From the human T2T-CHM13v2.0 reference genome, Homo sapiens, in NCBI RefSeq assembly GCF_009914755.1, contig NC_060932.1: 64,000 bases of DNA, one strand, 5' to 3'. Made by a program: the position numbers and the translations under genes. The stretch's first letter is position 1, and every line of letters starts with the position of its first letter. Below the pieces are notes generated by a model, which did no database searches, had not been told where the DNA came from, and was given only the letters and a program-made list of their open reading frames with translations. Positions 40,669-53,608 of the stretch are shown here, one piece after another.

Positions 40669-40732
40669 CTGAAGAAGCAGGATGTGCACACAGGAGTGCC
40701 ACTTTATGACTGAAGCTCAGAGCTTTCTCCCT
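40669..40732 (-). other. Candidate internal exon (64 nt)
   Basis: Minus strand: gttcttgcttctgtttttag| ... CAG|gtgagt, both near-consensus. Confidence 0.45.
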
Positions 40733-41074
40733 CTAAAAACAGAAGCAAGAACCTTTTCCTTCCCAGATCATCTCTTCAAAGTTATTCATTCCAAATGCAG
40801 TACCTACGCCTTTCCAAGTTAGTTCAAAGGTACTGTGATAAGAAGCAGGAAAGTAATTCTTAAATATTTACTTAAATTTATATTTTTATTAAAATATATT
40901 TTACTATACTTTATTAGTTTTTATTAAAACATATTTTTCAAAACATTTAAACTACTTTTATTTGAGCTTAGTGACACTAAAACCCAAAACTTTTCAGTTA
41001 TTAGCCCATGCTCTTTTATCATAGGACTGTGGCTTGCATTTTTCTTTCATGGCAAGAAAATCTTCAACAGTGCT

Positions 41075-41120
41075 TTAAGGTGTTACCTGTGTATATCTTA
41101 AGGTGTTACCTGTGTATGTC
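41075..41120. repeat. Tandem 23-bp duplication TTAAGGTGTTACCTGTGTATRTC x2
   Basis: Directly visible, one mismatch. Confidence 0.9.
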
Positions 41121-42017
41121 TTATAATTATATTCAATCTCCTAATGACTCCTTCATTGGCAAATGTTGACTTGAAAATCTATATTGAGTTTAAAGTTTTG
41201 AGACTACTACTCAATATCTCTATTGTCAAAAGATTTACTGAGTCACAGTTATGTGCCAGACACAACGCTATGTATGCAAGATATAATTACTATTGGCATA
41301 ACCCTTGCCTTAAACCACATATAGCCCAGTAGGTGAGCAGACCAGGAATATAGTACTAGGTTTTAACAGTTGCAAGAAAGACCTGTCATTCTCAAAGAAA
41401 GGTCCTGTTTATCTCACTCAGCAGCACCTCCAGCATCTAGCACATTAATCAGCATTGTTTTTCTACTCAGAAAATATTTATTAGATTGATTAACTGAATA
41501 GATAAATTATGGGCATAACAGAGCTCATAGAAATTCTATAATTCAAATGTAGAATTACCTAGATTAGACTGACAACCCATACTATCATACATATATTTTT
41601 TCTTTTGAATATTTTTCTCTAAAAATAATAAAAATGAATATACATTTGTGGTTTCTGAAAGATTTAGCAATGTAAAATTTTAAAACAAATATTTTCTGTA
41701 TTTTCAGGACCCAGAAGTACAGGTAAAATTGTTTATATGTTTTATGTTTTCTTTCGATTGTATTAAGTGTTGGACATTTTCTGAATAAAATTATTATCAT
41801 ACAATATATTGGATTTTATTTTCTTTATAATTAACATTATATAAACAATTTGTCAGTATTGTTTAAGGCTACATGATAGCTCATCCTATATATCAGTATA
41901 CCAAACATTATTGACAATTACCTAACTATAAATGTTGATTGTTGCATTTATGTACCATTAGTAATACTGTGATAGATAGTAATGTGTGTTCCTAAGTGTT
42001 TGTTTCAGGTTACCTCC

Positions 42018-43010
42018 TGTATTAGTGAAGTGGCTCTGTTGTCGATTGTAAATACCTCGGGTTCATCATCTTGTGCCAAGAAAATTTAGGACATGGACAC
42101 ACATGAGGAGTTTAGAAGCAGAGGTTTAATAGACAAAAGAAAGAGAAAGGAGAACAGCTCTCTCCCTACTGAGAGAGAGGGGATTCTGAAAGGTATCACC
42201 AGCCAGTGGTGGATGCACTGAATTTTATAGGCCGGCTTGAGGAGGCAAGTGTCTGATTTATTTAGAGCCCACACATTGGTTCGATTAGGTGTGTGTGATA
42301 TTTACATAGCGCACAGGGAAGGCCGGCCACCTCGCCCTAGTCTTATTATGTAAATGGGCTTTCCACTTGACCAGTGCCATCTTGTCTGCTCCTTACTGTA
42401 CTCGTGGCTGGCAAAGAGAGAAGGCAAGATGGAGTTGCTGTTTTGAACATGCTTAGTCCCAGGTAGCTTTTTCTGCTGGCATTCACCCATGCAAGCTTCC
42501 AGATTGCTTGTCTATGTCTGCAGCTCAATTCTACAAGCTGCTCTTTGTTAGAAAATGATTTTGGGACTGTTTTTCATTAATAAGGAAAACCTTACCGAGG
42601 ACTCCATACCCTCTCCATCTGCCTAAGTAACTTCTTCTTAACTCCTATATCATTGGTCTGTTCTCACACTGCTATGAAGAAATACCCAAGACTGAATAAT
42701 TTATAAAGAAAAGAGGTTTAATTGAATCACAGTTCCGCATGGCTGGGGAGTCCTCAGGAAACTTACAATCATGACAGAAGGCATCACTTCATAGGGCAGC
42801 AGGAGAGAGAATGAATGCGAGTGAAGAAGGAAGGCATCTGTTCTTATAAAACCATCAGATCTCATGATAACTCACTCACTTTCATGAGAACAGCATGGGG
42901 AGAACTGCCCCCATGATTCAATTATCTCCACCTTGCCCCCGCCTTGCCACGTGGGGATTTTTACAACTCAAGGTCAGATTTAGGTGGGGACACAGAACCA
43001 AACTATATTA
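42018..43010 (-). mobile_element. THE1C/D solo LTR (MaLR) split by LTR9
   Basis: tgtattag|[LTR9]|tctgttctcacactgctatgaagaaataccc...ggggacacagaaccaaactatatta. Perfect 5-bp TSD CCTCC (42013-42017, 43011-43015). Confidence 0.9.
42026..42652 (-). mobile_element. LTR9-family solo LTR
   Basis: tgaagtggc...ctcctatatca termini and TSD ttag/ttgg. Homologous to 6034-6978. Confidence 0.82.
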
Positions 43011-45544
43011 CCTCCTAACAGTATCTTGACATAATTGCTATTGTCTTTCCTTTATTATCAGTCTGCTACTGAAAAACTACAAGAAATGCTGAAAGACTGA
43101 AATGTCTAAAGATCAATATAGAAGTTGTATTAAAGGCCCACAGAAAAAAAATTGTGGTGTTTCTAAGCAATAAATTTCTACAAATAGAAAAAGAAAAGGA
43201 TAATTTATTTTAGAGTCCCATGAAAAGAATTTTTGCTCTATTTAACCCAAACCTCTGATTATTTCACATAATCATTGTATCTAACCAATGTAGCTGGAGT
43301 CTTTGACAAAAATTGATAAATATAATAGCACTCTGTTAGACTCCATAAAATATGAGGGAAGAAGAAGAAGTAGCATGAGCCGCTAATCAACAAGGATGTT
43401 GTATTAAATAAGCTTAGATTGACTTGAAAATGACCATCTCTAGCAGATAGACATTCCAGAGGACAAGTAGAGCTACTTATGCGATGCAGACTCACAGCAT
43501 TCCTGTAAATAACACCTCTCTTTGCTCATTTAGAGTTCACCAGAGGATTGAAAAACCATTAACAGTGTCTGAGTGTCTGTGCCTGGCCAGGTAACTGTGA
43601 TAGGTAAACAAAGCATGTTCTCATTCTCCAGGCATTTGCAGACTAGTATTGCAGTTATTTAAATGTGTAAACTCCTGCTGAATTAGGTAGACAGATTTTA
43701 ATACAAATTATAGTAAGAGACGAATAAACTGCCATGTAAATAAAAGAGATTTATTCACATTAGGGAACCCAAGTAGATAATAACTTTATTCGACATCTAT
43801 TCAACAAATATTTATTGAGTGCTTATCATGTTTTCCAGAAATAAATCATATAACAGTGAACTAGACAGAAGTCTTGATCTCTTATAGGTTTCCTGCAGCA
43901 GAGGAAGGCAAACCCCAAACAAATAAAACAGGAAAAACAGAGTTATCATTTACCGAGATGAGCACAACCAAGAACGGCCTGCCCTGAGGGACAGAGTAAC
44001 AAAAGATCAGTTTAGCTTGGGTTAAGTTTAAAATTTAAATGTTTAAGGATAAGAAAGAGCATTTCAAATCAAAAGAAAATTTAAAAATTTTTTTTTGGAA
44101 TTCTAGAATCTAATCCAAAACATAGAGCAACGAGATGGACTGTTTAAATGAAGAAAAGGATGGGTGAGTTTTTGTAAGAAAGTATTGTGGTAGTTTTGTT
44201 CACCTGTCCACCATCTCCCAGTCTCCAGCCAGTGGGAGTGGTCACGGCTGTGAGTTTGGCAACCCATGTTCCAAATGTGCCTTGCTGGTGCCAAGAGGCT
44301 AATACGCACCTTGTTCTCAAAAGACTGGCTCTTAAAATTCATGTTAGTAAAATATTGTGTTTTGACTATTTTTGTGGCTCCCAGAGGAACAGGCACAAAG
44401 GCTGACCTTTATTTTGTTTTCTTCTTTCCTCCTTGGGTTGGGATGACTGTCCAGGCAGTGACACTGGTGGTCTGTCTGAAAATTTAGAGACATATTCTAC
44501 CCATTTTTACATGGAGAAAGGGACAGTAAACAGGGAAAAATAAAATAAACCCAAGGACAGGAAGAAGAAGGCAGAAAAGAAATTTCCTTGGAGGAATAAT
44601 GGCTCAGAATGACCATTACATATACTGGGGAAAGAGGGAGTGGAATGTGCAGGCCCAGCACCAGATGCAGGCTCAGAAAAGACTTGAGAGGACCCTGTGC
44701 TTACCCTCCTGGCCAAACTGCAGACTCTGCAGAAGCAAAGGGAAAAGCAAAGCTGAATTATAAGCAGCCCAGTTTAGCATTCAGAGATTGCTCCAGCTCA
44801 AAGACAAACAGAAATTTTTTTTCTCTCTCTCCTTCTATTTTTTCTCTCCCTTTCCCCTCTTGGCTATAAATGTTTAATAAAATTACTTCTCTGTGATTTG
44901 GTGATAAGTGAGAAAGTGAACAGAGATGTCAGTGATCACACATGACAAGGAATGCAGTATTGTGAAATAGTTTAAAAAAAAGTTACTAGACCGCTGTACA
45001 ACTACAGATCTCAGCAAGTAAACCTAGGGAAAGGTGAGACGCTGACTTCCAGAGTTACCGGAACATAATACTCAGAAGCCCAGTTTCTAACAAAACATTG
45101 CAAGGCATACAATGAAAAAGGAAAGTATGGCCCATTCATAGGAAATATTAAATTGACAAAAACCATCCCTGAGGACATCCAGACATGAAACTTATTAGAT
45201 AAAGACTTTAAATCTACCATCTTGAATATGTTCAAAGGGCTAAAGGAAACTATGGACAAAAATCTAAAGGGAACGATGGAAACCATATGTGAACAAAATG
45301 AGAATATCAATAAAGATATAAAAATTATGAAAAGGAAGCAAATAGAAATTCTGAAACTGAAAAGGGCAATAACTGAAATAAAAAATTCACTCAAGAAGTT
45401 CAACAGGATTTGAGAAGGGAGAAGAAAGAATCAGCAGCTTGAAGATAAGACAATTAAAATTTCTGAAGAGAAGAAAGAAAAAATCATGAAGAAAAGTGAA
45501 CAGAGTCTTAGGGATCTGTAAAACACCATTTTACCATTTTACAC

Positions 45545-45740
45545 CATATCACCATTTAAATATAAATTTATTATATATTTTATAATATTTTATATATAAC
45601 ATATACATAATATATATAATTTATATGTAATAGTATACGTAATATATATTAACATATATAAACTATGTATACTAACTATATATAAACATCTATATTAACC
45701 ATATATACTATGTATATTAACATATATGTTAACTATTTGT
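45545..45740. repeat. AT-rich low-complexity tract
   Basis: Degenerate (TA)n. Confidence 0.8.
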
Positions 45741-45827
45741 ATGTAGACAGAGATAAATATTAGCTGAAACCCCTTTAATAAGTGGTGCAGGAGCAACCGG
45801 ATTTTCACACACAAAAAAATAAGATTA

Positions 45828-46164
45828 GGCTGGGCACAATAGCTCACACCTATAATCCCAGAACTTTGAGAGGCCAAGGCACACAGATTGCTTAAGTCCA
45901 GGAATTCGAGAACAGCCTGGGCAACATGGCAATAACCTGTCTCTACAGAAAATACCAAAAAAAAAAAAGAAAATTAGCTGGGAGTGGTGGCATGCACCTG
46001 TAATCCCAGCTACTTAGGAGGCTGAGATGAGAAGGTCATTTCAGCCTGAGAGATTGAAGCTGCAGTGAACCATTATTGTATCATCTTACTTCAACTGGGC
46101 AACAGATTGAGACTGTGTCTCAAACAAACAAGCAAGCAAACAAACAAACAAACAAACAAACAAA
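45828..46164 (+). mobile_element. AluJ with (CAAA)n tail
   Basis: gattgcttaagtccaggaattcgagaacagcctgggcaac. Confidence 0.88.
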
Positions 46165-47151
46165 TGCTCTCAGACTAGAGGATTTAAAAATAATAATAAT
46201 AATGTTAGATTCCTAAATTCAAAATGGATCAGTGACCTGAATATAAGCACTAAAACCATGTAACTCTTAGAAGGAAACAAAGAGGTAGATTTTTATAGCC
46301 TTATATTTGGCAGTAGATTTTTAGGTATGACACCAAAAGCAGAAGCAGCGAAAGAATAAAAATGTCAGACTTCATCAAAATTGTAAGCTTTTTTGTATCA
46401 AAAAAATCAGTAATAAAGTGAAAATAACTTACACAATAGAGCATACTTACAAATATTATATCTGTAAGAAACTAATATACAACATATATAAAGAACCCTT
46501 ACGACTCAACAACAAAACCACAGACAACCTAATTAAAAACTAGTCCAAGGACTTGAATAGACCTTTTCCCAGAGAATATATACAAATGGCCAATAACCAC
46601 ATAAAATGATGCTCAACATCATCAATTATTACGGAAATGGAAAAACACAATGAGATATCACTTTACTCCCACTAGCATGGTGATTTAAAAATAAAGAAAG
46701 AAAAGAACAATTGTTGGCAGGGATATGGAGAAACTGGAACACTCATAAACTCTGGTGAAAATGTAAAATGATACAGCCACTGTGAAAACAAATAGCTCCT
46801 AAAAATGTTAAACATAGAATTACTCTATGACCCGGCCATTCCGCTCCTAGTTATAAACCCAAGAGAATTGAAAACTTGTAGTCATACGAATACATGTACA
46901 TGCATGTTCAAAGCAAACAGCACTCTTCACAATAGCTAAAAGGTGGAAACATCCCAAATGTTCATCAATAGAAGAAGGGATAACAAATCATGGTATATAT
47001 GCATAATAAAAAGTTATTTAGCAATAAAAAAGAATGAAATAATTATCGATATATGCTACAAAGTGATAAACCTCAGAAACTTCATACTAAGTAAAAGAAG
47101 GCAGGCACAAAACATCATGTATAGTCTGATTCCTGTTATATAAAGAATTCA

Positions 47152-47472
<321 letters not shown>

Positions 47473-48480
47473 GCAGCATTCAGCATAGGTAAATTCATAC
47501 AGACAGAATTTATATTGGTAGGTGTTAGAAGGTGGAAGGGGGGAAATGGAGAACAACGGCTTAACGGTTACTGAGTTTCATTCTGGGGTGAAACAAAAAT
47601 GTTTTGGAACCAGGTAGATACAGAATTTGCAAAACAATGTACTGAATGCCACTCACTCACTGAATTGTTCCCTTAAAATCAATCAATTTAATGTTATGTG
47701 AATTTTACCTCAATTAAAAAGATAATGCAAATGAACTCTGTAAATTGAATACATTGATGCACCAAGAAAAAAAGAAGAAAAAAGAAAAGAAAGAAGTAAT
47801 TCAAGCTAAGATATAGAAGCAGAAAAGCACTGGTAATATTCATGATCTAGTGTATAGCCCGGCTTCAAAGAATACAAAATAAATAACAAGGGATAATGGA
47901 AAATAAGCCTAACAAAATAATTCTACTGTGATTATGAGAATAGTCTTTGTGATAACATTGTACTAAAGTAATTGTAATGCTACTCGTCGTACATACAGGT
48001 GGTAAGTATTAAAATATGAAAGATACCTCATATTTTGTGGTACAAAAGCTATTTTGCATTCTTTGTGGAAATACTGAATCAGTTTTAGGGCTCTACAACT
48101 TAATGTGAGCACAGAGTAAAAATCATTACAGAAATCATTTCAGTAAGTCATCAAACACTGTAGACACAAGATATATATAAATATCCATATGCTCATTTTT
48201 TCTTCTACTTTTAAAAAATCTAGAGAATGAGAAAATTCTCAAAGATAGAAACTAAAATAATCCTCAGATTTATATAAAAACACATTTTGCTTTTTAATGG
48301 AAATAACTAATGCAATTAATAGTGGTTATGTTTTCTAATGAACATTTAATTTACTCTTTGAGAAATTACTTATGATTACAAGTCATTATCAAATAATTGC
48401 ATGCGGTATAGTGATTTGTGTCATGTCATTAATTTGTACTGGTGAAAGGGACCAATATTTCTAAAGTCAAATTCTAGTCT

Positions 48481-48514
<34 letters not shown>

Positions 48515-48555
48515 CAAAAAAAAAACACTTTCTTTTTCATAATAACAATTAATAC

Positions 48556-48972
48556 TGTTAAAGCAAACTAAATATGGCCTGAGAAGGACTATGTACTTCT
48601 GTATTTGAGTCCTTGTGAGTGAACTGCAACCTAACTTAATTGGTAGACAAGATTAAAAACATAACTCAGGAGTATGCACCCGTAAAAATTGCTGAGTCTT
48701 GGCCGATACCAGCGGCCATACTTCATACATAACTGAGTGTTCAAACTATGTTCAAATGAGGCAAACACAGAGCTGTAAACAATCCAGCTGTTTCTGTACC
48801 TCACTTCCTATTTCTGTACCTCACTTTACTTTTTTAGTCTATTAATTTATTCTGACCACAAGGCAACCTGGAGTCTCTCTGAATCTGCTGTGAATCTGGG
48901 GACTGCCCAATTCACAAATTATTCATTGCTCATATAAATCCTTTAAATTTAATTAGGCTCAAGTTTTTAACA
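48556..48972 (+). mobile_element. MER57A-type solo LTR (ERV1)
   Basis: tgttaaagcaaactaaatatggcctgagaaggact...tttaaca and TSD atac/gtac. Confidence 0.85.
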
Positions 48973-49439
48973 GTACTCATAAATATAATCTTTTTCAATT
49001 GCCTGGTGTTTGCTGACAAATCACTGATGGGATAGAAATGTCATTTTCATTTAAAGAATATATTGTTAATAGAGGAAGGGTCAGGTTGAAATTTACTTGA
49101 TTTGGATTTAAATCATCAGCAAAAGAAGTGCCCAGTTGGAGTAGGAGGCTAGATCGCTGATGACTGCCATTGCAGACATGACTTACCACATGTGTAGCAT
49201 TTTCTTTTGAGATGATTTTCCTATGAAAATTGCCATTTTGCATTTAGTGCAATTGGAGTTGTCCCTTCCCTTTGCTGTAGTCAGTTTACCCAACAGTCGC
49301 CCTTGCCCTAAGGGTGCGGCACAGGAAACTCCAGCCCAGCAAGGGCCGTTGCCTCAGTTGCTGCAATGGACCAAGCCATAGTGGAAATGGGGGTGGAACA
49401 TGGGGCTCATTGCATTGCTCCATCCTCGGAGTTAAATGT

Positions 49440-49645
49440 CTGTGCTCAAATGTCAATATTCCTAACGATAGGCTCTGAGGACCTTGGGCAAACTTCTTAT
49501 CATGTGTTAGCTTCAATTTCCTCATTTGTAAAAAGGGGACAACTACAGTACTTGGGTTGTTGGGATTAAATGAAAACTGTGTAAGGCACTCAACTCCTGG
49601 AAGAATGAAAAAACATTCAGCATATAATAGCAGTTATGATTATTG
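49440..49645 (+). mobile_element. MIR
   Basis: gaccttgggcaa...tttcctcatttgtaaaa...ggattaaatga. Confidence 0.75.
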
Positions 49646-50979
49646 TGAGTAGTTGTCACCTAAGCAAACTATCCATAAACAACAGTTTGCATATTTATGC
49701 CTTACTGGGAAGAAAACAACAATTGAAGAAATTCCTAGTTAAAAATATAAAGCAAAATGAGTATTTATACTATAAAACAAAAAATTGTACACTGGACATT
49801 TTAAAATATCACTTCCAAGGTTAAATGCACCGTTTGGCATTGAACATACTTTCTCAGTGGGAACTCAAATATTATTCTATTTTTAGGTGCCTGGAAAAAA
49901 TAGAGGTTCAAGAAATAATCTGTAGGATAAATGAAAGAATTTAACAAACATTTATGAAATGAATTTTTTCAAAATAGCTATTTCATAGGTTAATGATAGC
50001 TAAACTAATAATATTAAAAAATTGAAACCTTTTTTGTGTGTTTCCTATTTGTTCATATTATCAGGATGTCTTAAAAGACTATTCCATTGAGTCAGAAGCA
50101 AGGACTGATATGCACAAATTTGAGCTTACCAGCCAGATAAATATCTGTCCTGGTAAAACATCTACAATTTTCTCTTAAGTTGTGTCTCAATGTAACAAAA
50201 TAAAAAATCTTAAATTCCTTTTTGTATAATATAATATATAATATAGCTGAGTCATATAATTATAATATACTATGTATATAAGTATTTAATTAAAGAAATT
50301 ACAAAAGGAAAGTGCATGTGGTCGTTTAGTCTTATCAGCTTTTATCTCACAATCTTAAACTAAGGTGATATATCTATTGGTTGAAAATATCAGCTCAGGT
50401 TTACGTCTCAAAATTTCATTTACAGACTTTTCTTCTGGGAAAATACTCTGGACAGGTTCAAAATAACATGACCAACTCACTGATATTACTGATGTTATTT
50501 AGATTTCTACAAGCAGCTTTGATCAATCTCCTGTCACCTAGAGTAAAGAAATAATAACTTTGTAAGGAGTTGCCAGACGCCTGTGGTGGCAGCCCATGCA
50601 TTTAATAAAAATGAATGATGGTGCAAGAGATTCTGAATCCCACATACTTGCTATAGCGTGGTTAGAACAACAGTGCTGCTCTTTCTCCCCACATCTCTGT
50701 AATCTGTCAAAAGCACACCTTATTTTTGAGGAAGAATTTTTATTGAGCACATATGTGCCAGGGCTGGCCTAGGGCACTTAAAATATCAATTCAAAATATA
50801 TATTTACAATAAGTCCAAAAACTTAGAAGTGATCTGAGGTAAAAGTTAAGCCAGGAGACCAATTTAATCAATGGAAGACACCCAGGTTTTTAGTCCTTGA
50901 ATTGTTAATCAGAAAACAGAGATAGCAGAGAAGGCGAAACAGACTTAAGCCCTACCCTGAAATAGAAATGCAGGAAGAG

Positions 50980-51073
50980 CGGAGCTTGCAGTGAGCCGAG
51001 ATTGCGCCACTGCAGTCCGCAGTCTGGCCTGGGCGACAGAGCGAGACTCCGTCTCAAAAAAAAAAAAAAAAAA
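50980..51073 (+). mobile_element. 5'-truncated AluYb8/Yb9
   Basis: Diagnostic gagattgcgccactgcagtccgcagtc(t)ggcc 7-bp insertion and pure A tail. Perfect 16-bp TSD AGAAATGCAGGAAGAG. Confidence 0.95.
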
Positions 51074-51644
51074 AGAAATGCAGGAAGAGTGCTTAAGGGG
51101 CTCCAGGTAACAGCATCAAAGGAGCACTTATTATCCAGCACCTCATGCAGCCTGTGGGCCGAGCATCTCACTTCAGCCCTTAGAAGCTGTTTCTCATCTC
51201 TATCATCAAATCATGGTAAACTCTTTCATTCGGTGGTTTGGAGGGCATTGCCTGTCATAGGCACTTCCTTTGCTTCACTTTATATTCATTAAGAAACATC
51301 ATTTCCAAAACTCTTATAAAGGTGTAGATGATTCATTTAAGAGTGGGTTTCAACTTGCTGACTATTGGTTGAAGTTCTGTATTGATGACCACACCAAATG
51401 AATCAGGAGCAGATGACTGATAATGACAGACTTGTATGGTGACACTTTCAGATAAATCTAGAAACACTGGTCACCTACAGAATCACCAACAGAATCACCA
51501 ACCTGCCACCCTACAGAATCACCAACAGCATAGCTATTTTAAATGAGACCAATGGATGCTTGGACATAAAGAAATTAACAAATTTAAAGGTCACATAGTT
51601 ATGTTAGACTATATGGATACTATTAACTCAAATAATCCGGAAAT

Positions 51645-51988
51645 TCAGTCTCAGCAAGAAACAGCATCCCCTTGAAAATGGTTTAAATAATGAGACCTAA
51701 ATAAGAGACTATTAATAGAGTGTGGTCAGGATTAAGAAAAACAACAATGGTGTATGCTGAGATCTAAAGGAGCAACGGTTTGAGACTACAGCATGGAGGG
51801 AGCAGGGAGGAAACACCCTGACCTCTATTGCATTGTCCCTATAGCATCCCATCACTCTTTTTCAATTAGAAGCCAGCTGCTAAGGATCTGAATGACGACA
51901 AGCATTGGGCAGAGCCTTGGAGATCACAGAGCAGGGCAGCGGGATCAGAGAATGTGTCTGGGAGAGACCAGCGGAGACTAACCAGCAA
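51645..51988 (-). mobile_element. LTR41-like ERVL LTR
   Basis: cagcaagaaacag...agagactatt...cacagagcagggc...gactaaccagca. Confidence 0.55.
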
Positions 51989-52327
51989 AACTCAACCCTA
52001 TCCACCCGGCATTCTTTCTTGCCTTTTGTTCACGTGAAGAAATTCTCATGCTAAGTAGAAGGGAGTCATAAAGTATCATTGGCCGTTGTTTATCACTATG
52101 TGATGTAAATTTCACACTTCCTTTTAGAACTTAAATTAGGATGTTAGACTCCATTTAGGCACCAGTAGAACATTGAAGGGGAAGTAGGAAGAAACGGTTA
52201 AGATAAAATACCCATACCTGCCATGATTGGCCTCTGTAATGAACACTAGACCACGATTATGAGCATACCTTCCTCCTTCCGTTGTTCATTTTATGTTCCC
52301 CTTCTCTTCTGCCTATACCTTGCCTAA

Positions 52328-52648
<321 letters not shown>

Positions 52649-53189
52649 GGTTGCGTCTTTAATCTTAATGGATCTGAGTCCTCAGTGGTCTCATCTCTGT
52701 CAAGGTGCTGGCCTTTAGTTTTGGACACCGGGGTACCACAGTGTGCGCTGGGACAACTAGCTTCTACATCTAGTCCCTTTGGCCCAGATGGTTTCTTCTT
52801 GGCAAGGGGGACTAATCTTCTGAGCCAAGAGTGTCACCTTCTTCTCTGCTTGCCCTTCAGTGGCATATGGTGGCCAAAATGACCTAAAGACATGAGACAT
52901 ATCTCAGCTTCCAATTCCGTGCAGCCTTTCTTGGTGGAAGTGTTTGTTTTCTTGGGAAGTAGGGTCTCCAAAAAACATCCAAGGGAGACACAAGAATCAG
53001 AAAGTCCTTAAAGGCTGAAAGTTGAAACTGTGAGGGATACTCACTATTAAACCCTCCACCACATCCCTGGCCCTGGACTCTTGTATTCTGGAGATGGGGG
53101 GAAACAGCACCATATATTAGTTCTGAGTTTAAAGCAAATGCTGCAACCAGTGAGTCATTATTTCGATTTGAAGGATAGATGATGATAGA

Positions 53190-53608
53190 CATGGAGATAC
53201 ATTACCAAGGTCTCCTTCAGGGACTGTTGTCCCAAGGCTGAGAGGGTAAGCAGCAAACAGTCTTCACTGGTCTGCCCCTTCAGGGATTGCCTAAGCTCTG
53301 AAGAGCTGCCTCCTCTAAGATCATTCCCTTCCTTTATGCATCATATATCCAGTGACTTACTGAGATGGGTTATAAAGTTCTGGATCCTTTGGCCCAGTGT
53401 GGAAAAACTCAGCCCTTTCCAGCTCCAGGGTGTCATGTAGAGTTCCTGAGGCTATCAGGTCTGAATAGCAGGTTGTCTTCTTTCCCTATCCAATTATGCT
53501 TCCTTCCCCACTTTCTGCAGATGTCAATCCTAAGGACATTCAATGAGAAGCATACCAGACTTTATGCTCCCTCTTAGAGTCTATTTCTTAGACAAGCAAC
53601 TGTCACAT
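53190..53608 (+). mobile_element. LTR16-like ERVL LTR
   Basis: gccccttcagggattgcct...gaagagctgcctc...gatgtcaatcctaagg...agagtctatttct...ctgtcaca. Confidence 0.6.

Noticed and set aside
43534-43590. Plus-strand exon-like segment (tag|...CAG|gtaact)
   Set aside because: The donor overlaps an L2/MIR-like tail motif, and no partner exons are evident.
48486-48526. Orphan poly(A) run
   Set aside because: No retroelement body or TSD visible. Treated as a mononucleotide microsatellite.
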